Part shown: piece by piece, positions 27,492 through 35,343 of the stretch
How positions within the stretch are numbered: the stretch's first letter is position 1
Layout: each line of letters begins with the position of its first letter
Origin: an uncultured Klebsiella sp.
Lineage (GTDB): Bacteria > Verrucomicrobiota > Verrucomicrobiia > Limisphaerales > SXTU01
Reading direction: 5' to 3'
Assembly: GCA_964578245.1 (NCBI GenBank)
Contig: CAZOCL010000002.1
Span: forward strand, 1,730 to 65,729
DNA length: 64,000 nt
The notes under the pieces: model-generated
Told to the model about the DNA's origin: nothing
The model's input: the letters and a program-made list of their open reading frames with translations, nothing else
Databases searched by the model: none
Position numbers and translations under genes: made by a program

Positions 27492-28526
27492 GTGCGCACC
27501 CTCTGGCTCCATCTGAAATCCCGGCGCTGGCTGCTACGGCTGCTGCTGCTCGGAGTTTCCACGGTGGTTTCGCTGCTCCTGCTGGAGATGGCCGTCCGGG
27601 TGCTGCTGCCGTATTACCACCCCCGTGCGCAACTGGTGTTTGAAACCCGCCCCAGCGGAGTGCGGACCGGCCCGCCGGGAGCGACCCGGCGGCTGTTCAA
27701 CTCCAAGAGCGACTTCGATGTGGCGGTGACGTTCAACCAGCTCGGGCTGGTGGACCGCAAGGATCTCCGGACGGCCAAGACCAACGCGCTCTACGCCATC
27801 GGCGACTCCTACACGATGGGCTGGGGCCTGCCGGAGGACGAGCGGTTCAGCAACCTGCTGGAGCATCGCCTGGGCGAGCCGGTGTATAACGTCGCCATCC
27901 CCACGGACCTCCGGGGCTACCAGCAACTGGCGGCCTATGCCGAGGAGCACGGGCCCCGGATCAGCCGGCTGGTGCTGGCCATCTGCATGGAGAATGACCT
28001 GCATGATTACCGGGCCGACCAGCCGCCCCGCGCTCCGCGCAAGCCCCCTTCCCTGCTGGTCCGGACGGAACGCTGGGTGCGGACGCACAGCGCGCTCTTC
28101 CTCGCCACCACGCATAATCTCCAGAAGATCATGTTCATCCGCCGGTCGCTGGAACGCCTCGGACTGGTCGCGGACGGCGAACAACCATTGCGGCTCCGGA
28201 CGTTCGACGAACCCGCGCTGCGCTCCTGCCGGGATCAAGTGCTCCCGCTTGCGCAAGGCCGCGAACTGGTGGTGCTGCTGATCCCGGAACGCAGCCTCTG
28301 GCTCCGTGGCGAAGGGGACACTGGCCGCACCCTGCACGATCGATTCGCCGCCCTGCTCCGCGAGGCCGGGCTGAAAGTGGTGGACCCGTTGCCGAGGTTT
28401 GACCGCGAGGGCAACCCGCTGCAGTTCTATTTCAAGGCCGATCCACACTGGAACGCGCGCGGGCACCAGATTGCGGCGGAAGAACTCCTGGCGGCGATGA
28501 AGCCAGCGGGAACCAACGCGCCCTGA
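27492..28526 (+). CDS. SGNH/GDSL-family hydrolase with an N-terminal membrane anchor
   Basis: GTG at 27492. Transmembrane segment WLLRLLLLGVSTVVSLLLL, and YAIGDSYTMGWG (the GDS block I). The longer 27264 start overlaps the previous gene. Confidence 0.65.
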   Translation: MRTLWLHLKSRRWLLRLLLLGVSTVVSLLLLEMAVRVLLPYYHPRAQLVFETRPSGVRTGPPGATRRLFNSKSDFDVAVTFNQLGLVDRKDLRTAKTNALYAIGDSYTMGWGLPEDERFSNLLEHRLGEPVYNVAIPTDLRGYQQLAAYAEEHGPRISRLVLAICMENDLHDYRADQPPRAPRKPPSLLVRTERWVRTHSALFLATTHNLQKIMFIRRSLERLGLVADGEQPLRLRTFDEPALRSCRDQVLPLAQGRELVVLLIPERSLWLRGEGDTGRTLHDRFAALLREAGLKVVDPLPRFDREGNPLQFYFKADPHWNARGHQIAAEELLAAMKPAGTNAP

Positions 28527-28527
28527 A

Positions 28528-29118
28528 TCACCGCCCGAACTGCTTCAGAAACGCCGCCGCGTCGAAACCGTCCGGCTTGAAGACCAGTTCCGGGTTCAAC
28601 GGCGGTTCATAGCCCGCGTCCACCCCGGTCATCTCCCGCAGGGCACCGGTGGCCGCCCGACGGTAAAGCCCCTTGGGATCGCGTTGCTGGCAGACCACCA
28701 GCGGCGTGTCGGCGAACACCTCGATGAACTGGCCGGGGGCAAAGGTCCGGCGGAGGGCGTCCCGCTGCGCGCGGAAGGGCGAGATGCAGGCCACCACCAC
28801 GGTGAAGGACTGCGCCACCAGCACGCGCGCCATCTCGCCGATGCGCCGGACGTTCTCATGCCGGGCAGCCTCCGAGTATCCCAGGTCCGCGTTGACGGTC
28901 CGACGCAGGTCGTCCCCATCCAGCACCACGACCGGGAGGTTCTGTGACTGCAGCGCGGCCTGAATGCGCTGGGCGAGTGTGGTCTTGCCAGCGGCGGGCA
29001 GGCCGGTGATCCAGATCACGGCGGGCAACTCAAGGGTGGCGGTGGGTGCGCTCAACGGCAGAAAGCAGGCGGCAATTGCACGGGAAAGGCAAGCCGAAGC
29101 CAGCCTCTCCGGGGACAA
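28528..29118 (-). CDS. cysC: Adenylylsulfate (APS) kinase
   Basis: VIWITGLPAAGKTTLA P-loop, LDGDDLR, ACISPFR and PKGLYRRA are canonical APS-kinase blocks. The start is TTG. Confidence 0.88.
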   Translation of the reverse strand: MSPERLASACLSRAIAACFLPLSAPTATLELPAVIWITGLPAAGKTTLAQRIQAALQSQNLPVVVLDGDDLRRTVNADLGYSEAARHENVRRIGEMARVLVAQSFTVVVACISPFRAQRDALRRTFAPGQFIEVFADTPLVVCQQRDPKGLYRRAATGALREMTGVDAGYEPPLNPELVFKPDGFDAAAFLKQFGR

Positions 29119-29161
29119 TCACCTTGAAGGCGGCGCAGGCGGTCCTAGACTTTGACCCAGC

Positions 29162-29920
29162 GTGTTCGCCCAGCTCAAAGCCAGCCTCAAGAACTGGCAG
29201 CACTCTCGCTCGGCCCCGGCCCGCGTGGTTTATCAAGTTTCCCGGCTGGGCTGGTTGGGCTGCCGTCTGCTCGTGGATGCCCGCCTGCGGGCGGAGACCC
29301 TCGGCCACTGGCGGCACCGCGCCGCCTATCTTCAGCCAGCCACGGAAACCTACCTCAATCGTTATCCCGGGCTGTTCAGGCAATGCCGACTGCGGTTCGC
29401 CGAACATCCTAATCCCCGGATCCTCTCGTTTGGCTGCTCGACCGGAGAGGAGGTCCGCTCCCTGGCCAAACACCTGCCGCAGGCGGTCATTGTAGGGGTG
29501 GACATCAATGACTGGTGCCTGTCCGAGTGCTGGCGCAAGGACCCGCACCACCGGCACACCTTCCTTCATCGGCTATCTGCGGAGTTTGAACGAGAGCCGG
29601 CTTTCGATGCCATCTTCTGCATGGCCGTCCTGCAGCATACGCTGAACCGCGCCAGCGCCGACAATGCCGTGGCCCAAGGCATCACCTTCGAGGAATTCGC
29701 GCGCGAAGTGGCCGTGCTGGATGCCAAGCTGAAAACCGGCGGCCTGCTCTTTCTGGATCATGTGGACTTCCGTTTTGGGGACACGCCCTGCGCCAGCCGC
29801 TACACCCCGCTGGACTTTCCAAGAAATCGCGCCCCGCGCCCGCGGCCCATCTACGGGCCGGATCACCGCAAGCTGGCTGACGTGCAGGACACGCCAAGGG
29901 TGTTCGTCAAGCAGCGCTGA
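29162..29920 (+). CDS. Class I SAM-dependent methyltransferase (lasso-cluster associated)
   Basis: ILSFGCSTGEEVRSLA (motif I) and VGVDIND. GTG start, divergent from cysC with a 43-nt gap. Confidence 0.6.
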   Translation: MFAQLKASLKNWQHSRSAPARVVYQVSRLGWLGCRLLVDARLRAETLGHWRHRAAYLQPATETYLNRYPGLFRQCRLRFAEHPNPRILSFGCSTGEEVRSLAKHLPQAVIVGVDINDWCLSECWRKDPHHRHTFLHRLSAEFEREPAFDAIFCMAVLQHTLNRASADNAVAQGITFEEFAREVAVLDAKLKTGGLLFLDHVDFRFGDTPCASRYTPLDFPRNRAPRPRPIYGPDHRKLADVQDTPRVFVKQR

Positions 29921-30034
29921 ACCGGCAGCCTCCGCGCCGGCCCTGACCACAACCGGCCAGCCAGAGAACCCCGGCCCAGACCGGGAGATTTCAACTTGTT
30001 CCAATCGCCGGACCGCAGGTAGGATTTCGCACTC

Positions 30035-30967
30035 GTGGCTCCGACACTGGACCCTCTTCCGCCGCACCGACACCGCGTCTATGGCCTGACCATCGCGGCA
30101 TGGATTCCCTTTCCCCAGTTGCCAACGGCACCGGCAGACGCCCCTGTGGACGCTGTCTTCCGCCTCGGCGAGGTGCCGGCGGAGCTGCCGGATTTCAAGA
30201 GCCGGGGTGCCCGCTTCCGGGTTGCGCCGGGCAGATTGCTGGTCTGGATTAACGGCGTGGCGCGCTATCTGGTGGTGGACGGCCGGGAGATCATCGTCCA
30301 GCCGGCCCCGGACGCGGAGGAGAACGACCTGCGCGAGCTGCTCCTCTGCTCGCCGATGGGTGCCCTGCTGCATCAACGCGGCGTGCTGCCGCTGCATGCC
30401 AGCGTCATCGCCACCCCGCGCGGGGCGGTCGCGTTCATGGCCCACTCCGGGCATGGCAAGTCCACCCTCGCCGCGCACTTCCGCCAGCGCGGCTTCAAGA
30501 TTCTCGCCGATGACATCGCAGCGGTGTCCTTTGATGCGGGGGGGAGGCCGATGGTCGCGCCGGGCTACCCCCAGTTCAAACTCTGGCCGGACTCCGTCAA
30601 CGAACTGGGCCACAGCACGACGGATCTGCGTCAGTTCCGGACGAATGTGGAGAAGTTCTTCCTCACGTTCCCAGACGCCTTCCACTCCGAGCCGCTGCCG
30701 CTCACGCAACTGTATGTGGTGGAGGGACGGAATGACGCTGACGGGGTGACATTGGAGCCCTTGAGCGTGCCGGACAAGCTGCGCTACCTCCTCACCCACA
30801 CTTACCGCGCCCAGTATGTGCCTGGGCTCGGCCGGGAGAAGGCCCACTTCCAGACCGTGGGGCGGCTGGCGGCCACAGTTTCCGCCAAGCGCGTGCGGCG
30901 GCCCACCGATGGCACCTTCCGCCTCGAACAACTGGCCGACGCCTTGACGGCCGATTTTGCGCGATGA
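30035..30967 (+). CDS. HPr-kinase-like serine kinase (lasso peptide kinase type)
   Basis: LHASVIATPRGAVAFMAHSGHGKSTLAA P-loop, as in the HprK C-terminal domain. GTG start, followed by cluster genes. Confidence 0.75.
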   Translation: MAPTLDPLPPHRHRVYGLTIAAWIPFPQLPTAPADAPVDAVFRLGEVPAELPDFKSRGARFRVAPGRLLVWINGVARYLVVDGREIIVQPAPDAEENDLRELLLCSPMGALLHQRGVLPLHASVIATPRGAVAFMAHSGHGKSTLAAHFRQRGFKILADDIAAVSFDAGGRPMVAPGYPQFKLWPDSVNELGHSTTDLRQFRTNVEKFFLTFPDAFHSEPLPLTQLYVVEGRNDADGVTLEPLSVPDKLRYLLTHTYRAQYVPGLGREKAHFQTVGRLAATVSAKRVRRPTDGTFRLEQLADALTADFAR

Positions 30968-31809
30968 AAGGCATCGTCTGGCTGGCGAGTTATCCGAAGT
31001 CCGGTAACACTTGGTTCCGGATTTTCCTCGCCAACCTGCTGGCCGACCAGCCGACGCCGGTGGACATTAACGCCATTGAAACCGAGAACTTCGCCGCTCG
31101 AACCACTTATGACCGGGCGCTGGGCTGGGAGACCTCCGACCTGACGCTGGCGGAAGCGTCCCAAGCCCGCCTCGATGTGCAGGAAGCCCTCGCACTGGAG
31201 GACAATGTCTTCTTCAAGGTCCACGAGTCCTTCCGTGATCCAGTCAGCCACGCGCTGCTGTTCTCCCGGGTCGCGACCCGAGCTGTGTTCTACTTTCTCC
31301 GCAACCCGCTGGATGTGGCAGTCTCCTTCAGCCATCATCGGGGCAGGGACCTCGACAACACCATTGTCCGGATGAACAATCCAAACGCCACCATTGCGCC
31401 AGGCCAGGACGGACTGGGACCGCAATTACCCCAGCCCACGGGCGACTGGAGCTGGCATGTGCGGAGCTGGGCCGACGAACCGGGGCTGCCCGTGCTGGTC
31501 CTGCGCTACGAGGACATGCTGGCGCGCCCGCAGGAGGTGTTTCAAGCAGCCTGTGAGTTCGCTGGCCTGCCCAGCGAGCCAGCCCGGGTGGCCCGCGCAC
31601 TGAACCATGCCCGGTTTGAGAATGTCCGCGCGCAGGAGCAGGCAAAAGGCTTCCGTGAGGCGATGGACCGGCGCCCCTTTTTCCGGCATGGCAAGGCTGG
31701 CGGCTGGCGTGAAACCTTGTCGCCAGCGCAGGTTGCCGCTATCGTCTCCCAACATGGCGATGTCATGCGGCGCTTCGGATACCTGAACGCCGATGGTTCG
31801 CCGGTGTAA
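30964..31809 (+). CDS. PAPS-dependent sulfotransferase
   Basis: SYPKSGNTWFR (5'-phosphosulfate binding loop) and FLRNPLDVAVSFSHH (3'-phosphate binding). ATGA overlap with the kinase gene. Confidence 0.82.
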   Translation: MKGIVWLASYPKSGNTWFRIFLANLLADQPTPVDINAIETENFAARTTYDRALGWETSDLTLAEASQARLDVQEALALEDNVFFKVHESFRDPVSHALLFSRVATRAVFYFLRNPLDVAVSFSHHRGRDLDNTIVRMNNPNATIAPGQDGLGPQLPQPTGDWSWHVRSWADEPGLPVLVLRYEDMLARPQEVFQAACEFAGLPSEPARVARALNHARFENVRAQEQAKGFREAMDRRPFFRHGKAGGWRETLSPAQVAAIVSQHGDVMRRFGYLNADGSPV

Positions 31810-31814
31810 GTTTT

Positions 31815-31913
31815 CACACCACGAATGAACACGAATGAACACGAAGATGGCCATGCAGGGCAGAAGCGCCATTCTCCCGGCTTGAATTCGTGTGCGTTGG
31901 TGTGCATTCGTAG
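31815..31913. repeat. Foldback of 'acgaatgaac' units between the sulfotransferase and B1 genes
   Basis: cacaccacgaatgaacacgaatgaacacgaag (31815-31846) faces cttgaattcgtgtgcgttggtgtgcattcgtag (31881-31913); the pairing is imperfect. Confidence 0.75.
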
Positions 31914-31929
31914 TTTCTGATTTTTGCCT

Positions 31930-32217
31930 ATGACCAAGACCGCCCTCACCCTCCAGTCTGTCGTCGCCCAGTCGCCTGATCTGGTCGGGACGAACATCGA
32001 GGACCACACCGCGCTCCTGAGCATCACCAACGGTGCGTATTACAGCCTGGACCCCGTGGCCAGCCGCGTCTGGCAGCTCATTGAGCAGCCGCGCCCGGTG
32101 ACGGCGGTCGTGGACCATTTGCTCACCGAATACACCGTGGAGCGGGCCACTTGCGAGGCGCACACGCTCGCCTTCCTCCAGCAGCTCGCCGACGCCGATC
32201 TGCTGGCCAAGCAGTAA
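31930..32217 (+). CDS. Lasso peptide biosynthesis B1 protein (PqqD-family RRE)
   Basis: LLSITNGAYYSLDPVASRVWQLIEQPRPVTAVVDHLLTEYTV...AFLQQLADADLL is a PqqD-like winged helix. Confidence 0.82.
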   Translation: MTKTALTLQSVVAQSPDLVGTNIEDHTALLSITNGAYYSLDPVASRVWQLIEQPRPVTAVVDHLLTEYTVERATCEAHTLAFLQQLADADLLAKQ

Positions 32218-32663
32218 TGTCCCGCCTCGCCAAGTTTCTCCGGCATGACTGGGCCGGACGCGGCCTGCTGCTGGAGGCGCTGGCCTGGCTGGTCTGGGCC
32301 AAGCTGCTCCTGCTGGTCGTCCCGTTTCGCTGGATTGCGCCGCGCCTGGGCAGGCCAATGACGGAGAGCGCCGCCAGCCTGACCGAGCCCGGAAGCCTGC
32401 TTGCCTCCCGAATTTCCTGGGCCGTGCAATCCGTGGCGGCAAACGTGCCGCTAGGGCTGGTCTGCCTGCCGCAAGCCATGGCGGCCAAATGGATGCTCCG
32501 CCGCAGGCACCTCGCCAGCACGCTTTACCTCGGCGTGGCCCGGCCGGATGAGGCGAAGTTCACCGCGCACGCCTGGCTCCGCGCCGGCAACAAGATCCTG
32601 ACCGGCCGCGCCGAGAGCCGCACCCACACCACGCTCGCCTCCTTTGCTGAGGAATGGCCGTGA
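32217..32663 (+). CDS. Lasso peptide biosynthesis B2 protein (transglutaminase-like leader protease)
   Basis: TAATG overlap with B1. CLPQAMAAKWML (catalytic Cys) and FTAHAWL (His), with the size and N-terminal hydrophobic helix typical of B2. Confidence 0.82.
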   Translation: MSRLAKFLRHDWAGRGLLLEALAWLVWAKLLLLVVPFRWIAPRLGRPMTESAASLTEPGSLLASRISWAVQSVAANVPLGLVCLPQAMAAKWMLRRRHLASTLYLGVARPDEAKFTAHAWLRAGNKILTGRAESRTHTTLASFAEEWP

Positions 32664-32688
32664 ATTCCATCCCGCCTGCCGCGTTCCG

Positions 32689-34605
32689 ATGAGCGCTCTC
32701 TGCGGCTTCCTCAACCTCGACGCCGCTCCGGCTGACTCCCAGCTCGTCGCGGCGCAGGTGGCCCGATTGCAGCATCGCGGGCCGGACGGTTCCGGCACGT
32801 TCACGGAGGGTCCCTGCGCGCTGGGCCATCTGCTCCTGCGCATCACGCCGGAGGCGGACGGGGAAACGTCTCCCTTTCACAGCCCGGACGACCAGCTCGT
32901 GATCGCCTTCGACGGCCGGCTGGATCACCGCGAGGACCTGCTGGCCGCGCTCGGCGTCCCGCCCTCGGAGCGTGGCCTGCCCGATCCCGCGCTCATCCTC
33001 CGCGCGTATGCGCAGTGGGGTGCCGATTGCGTGACCAGGCTCGACGGCGAGTTTGCCTTCGCCGTCTGGGACCGGCGGCGGCAGGAGTTGTTCTGCGCGA
33101 GTGACGCTTTTGGCAGCCGCCCGTTTTACTTTTACCAGGACGCGCGGCGGCTGGTGTTTGCCAGCGCCATCCGCGGCGTGCTGGCCGTGCCCGGGGTGCC
33201 GCGCGAACTCGACGAGCTGTCCCTCGCCTGCTCGCTCGGAGGCGCGCCCCAACCGCCGGGCCAGACGCTCTACGCCCGCATTTCCTTTCTGCCCGGTGGT
33301 CGCACGCTGACCGTGCCGCGCGGTGGCCGGCCGGTGATCCGGACCTGGTGGCAGTTGACGATGGAACCGGAAATCCAGCTCCGCTCCACCGAAGACTATA
33401 CCGAGGCCTTGCGTGAACTGCTGGAGCGGGCCACGCGCTCAGCCATGCGCACGCGGCATCCGGTGGGTGCCATGCTCAGCGGCGGGCTGGACTCCAGCGG
33501 CGTAGCCTGCCTCGCTGCGCGCGACCTCGCCTCGCGCGGCCAGCGGCTCGTCACGGTGTCCACGGTGTTGCCCGAGGATTTCCAAGGCGTGGAATGGGAG
33601 AAGGAGGAAAGCGCGTTCATCCGCAGCGCCCTGGAGCGCTACCCGAACATGGCCCCGCACTGGGCGCGGGGCCTGGCTTTTCCAGTCATCACCTTCAATG
33701 ACGCGGCCTACCAGTTGCACGACGAGCCTGACAACGATCCAAAATCTTTCCGGACAGCGGAGCTGTTCCGGCTTGCGGAGCAGGCGGGGACGCGCGTCCT
33801 GCTCGGCGGCATGGGGGGCGACATGGCCGCTTCGTTCAAGGGCACCGGTTACCTGCAGCAGCTCGCCCTGGGCGCGCGCTGGGGGGAACTGGTCCGTCAC
33901 CTCCAGTTGCTGGCGCGCGTCCGGGGCGAGACGGTGCCCGGCATCTTCCGGCGCGAAGTGCTCCGGCCGCTGGCCCCCGAATGGCTGCGCCGTTGGAACG
34001 ACACGTTCCGGCACGATGCCGCAGCAACTCGGGATGAGTTCAGCATCCAGCCCGAGTTCGCCGCGCGGATGCAGATGGCCGAACGCCGCCGGGCCGCCGG
34101 ACGGGACATCGAAAGGCCGGCGGATTTCCGACGCCTGCAGGTTTCGCTGGCGAACGCCGGCCTCCTCGGCGGCGGCTCAGGCTGGGCGAGCCGCCACACC
34201 CCGCACATGGAAAGCCCCCAGCCGCTCATGAACCGCCGGCTTTGGGAGTGGTGCCACCGGGTGCCGCTGGGAGAGTTCACGCGGGATGGCATGTCCCGCG
34301 GGCTCTACCGCCGTGCGCTGCACGATGTGCTGCCGGAGCGCATTCTGCGCCGCCACTCCAAAGGCTGGTTCGCGCCGGACTACGTGCAGCGCCTCGCTGC
34401 CTGCCGCCCGGCGATGGAACGCTTCCTCGCGGAGCATCCCGCGCAGGACGCGGTTTGGAATTACGTGAGCCGCCCTCAAGTGGAGGCGACCTTACAGCGT
34501 CTGGCCGCCGCTGGCACTCAGGCCAGATGGGACAATCGTTACCAAATCATCCTGTGTCAGGGCCTCCGGCTAGCACACTTTGTCACTTGGATGCGGGGGC
34601 GGTGA
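32689..34605 (+). CDS. Lasso peptide cyclase (asparagine-synthetase-like, C protein)
   Basis: MSALCGFL N-terminus, MLSGGLDSSGVA PP-loop, and about 640 aa in length. It follows B2. Confidence 0.85.
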   Translation: MSALCGFLNLDAAPADSQLVAAQVARLQHRGPDGSGTFTEGPCALGHLLLRITPEADGETSPFHSPDDQLVIAFDGRLDHREDLLAALGVPPSERGLPDPALILRAYAQWGADCVTRLDGEFAFAVWDRRRQELFCASDAFGSRPFYFYQDARRLVFASAIRGVLAVPGVPRELDELSLACSLGGAPQPPGQTLYARISFLPGGRTLTVPRGGRPVIRTWWQLTMEPEIQLRSTEDYTEALRELLERATRSAMRTRHPVGAMLSGGLDSSGVACLAARDLASRGQRLVTVSTVLPEDFQGVEWEKEESAFIRSALERYPNMAPHWARGLAFPVITFNDAAYQLHDEPDNDPKSFRTAELFRLAEQAGTRVLLGGMGGDMAASFKGTGYLQQLALGARWGELVRHLQLLARVRGETVPGIFRREVLRPLAPEWLRRWNDTFRHDAAATRDEFSIQPEFAARMQMAERRRAAGRDIERPADFRRLQVSLANAGLLGGGSGWASRHTPHMESPQPLMNRRLWEWCHRVPLGEFTRDGMSRGLYRRALHDVLPERILRRHSKGWFAPDYVQRLAACRPAMERFLAEHPAQDAVWNYVSRPQVEATLQRLAAAGTQARWDNRYQIILCQGLRLAHFVTWMRGR

Positions 34606-34689
34606 ATTCGCCCACGGCTCGGTCGCGGCTGCCAGGCAGGGATTCCGAACGGAGCCGCACTCCAAGCGGTGCGCCTTGGCCGCAACCGT

Positions 34690-34987
34690 CTGCCTCAGGG
34701 GCGCATCTCAGTTTCTTGCAAGGCGTCTCCGGTCGAGCCGAGAAACCCGGAGGGTTTCAAGGTGAATAGCCGTGGGTGAAATCCACGAGGGGGGCGGTTT
34801 TCCGTCTCCACCCTGAAAGGGTCGAACGCGCGCGTATCAGAGGTGTTGCATTCAACCCCTCCCGGGGTTGTGGCCCATGACGCGCTCACCGTGGGTTTCA
34901 CCCACGGCTATTCACATGACACCCTCCAAGGTGTTTGAAGACTGTGCCAGCACGCCTGCAAGAAATCGAGTTGCGCCCCTGCCTCAG
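34690..34987. mobile_element. Foldback (MITE-like) element of about 300 bp with imperfect terminal inverted repeats of about 100 bp
   Basis: The inner arms are perfect: gtgaatagccgtgggtgaaa (34762-34781) against tttcacccacggctattcac (34896-34915). The outer arms caggggcgcatctcagtttcttgca and tgcaagaaatcgagttgcgcccctg are imperfect. No transposase is present. Confidence 0.7.
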
Positions 34988-35004
34988 TTGGCAGAAAAAA
35001 AGAC

Positions 35005-35034
35005 TTGTCGGCTTGCTAAAAATGTGAGCATACT
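35005..35034 (+). promoter_or_regulatory. Candidate promoter of precursor gene A1
   Basis: TTGTCG (35005-35010), an 18-nt spacer, then CATACT (35029-35034), in an AT-enriched patch 17 nt before the ATG. The match is weak. Confidence 0.25.
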
Positions 35035-35050
35035 TCGCGCGGATTTGAAA

Positions 35051-35221
35051 ATGAGCCTTATGAACACGACCACCGCCTCCGCCTCAGTCGAAAACACCGA
35101 GTCCAAGCAGGTTTGGACCGCCCCCACTTTGACGACGCTTTCGCTCCCGCTGGGAACGCTTTCCAATGCTGCCACCGGTGCGGATGGCATGTCGTCGAAA
35201 GCGGCGGGAAGCCTAAGCTAA
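35051..35221 (+). CDS. Lasso peptide precursor A1 (56 aa)
   Basis: MSLMNTTTASASVENTESKQVWTAPTLTTLSLPLGTL|SNAATGADGMSSKAAGSLS. It has a WxxPxL leader motif, Thr at -2 and Asp at core position 8. Its paralog is at 36727. Confidence 0.8.
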   Translation: MSLMNTTTASASVENTESKQVWTAPTLTTLSLPLGTLSNAATGADGMSSKAAGSLS

Positions 35222-35248
35222 GACCATCTTTTTCGTCGGTTCCAATTT

Positions 35249-35285
35249 GCCAAAAGTCCTCCTCGCGAGTGCTTTTGGCTTTTTT
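35249..35285 (+). terminator. Rho-independent terminator after precursor A1
   Basis: Stem gccaaaag (35249-35256) paired with cttttggc (35272-35279), followed by tttttt (35280-35285). Confidence 0.65.
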
Positions 35286-35343
35286 GTGATCCGATCCGTC
35301 AGCCATTTTTCACGTTCACGTTCACGTCTCTCGCCTTCCCCAC

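Noticed and set aside
28528-29118. cysC as part of ordinary assimilatory sulfate reduction
   Set aside because: This is not fully rejected. However, no cysD/N/H/I/J genes are nearby, and cysC sits back-to-back with the lasso cluster that contains a PAPS-dependent sulfotransferase. A cluster-dedicated role is favoured.
29573-30931. 452-aa minus-strand ORF opposite the methyltransferase and HPr-kinase-like genes
   Set aside because: The plus-strand genes carry SAM and P-loop motifs and are translationally coupled to their neighbours. The antisense product has no motifs.
34868-35050. N-terminal 61 codons of track ORF 34868..35221
   Set aside because: This part runs through the right arm of the foldback element and the AT-rich promoter-like patch. 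Only the last 56 codons (from the ATG at 35051) are homologous to precursor A2.
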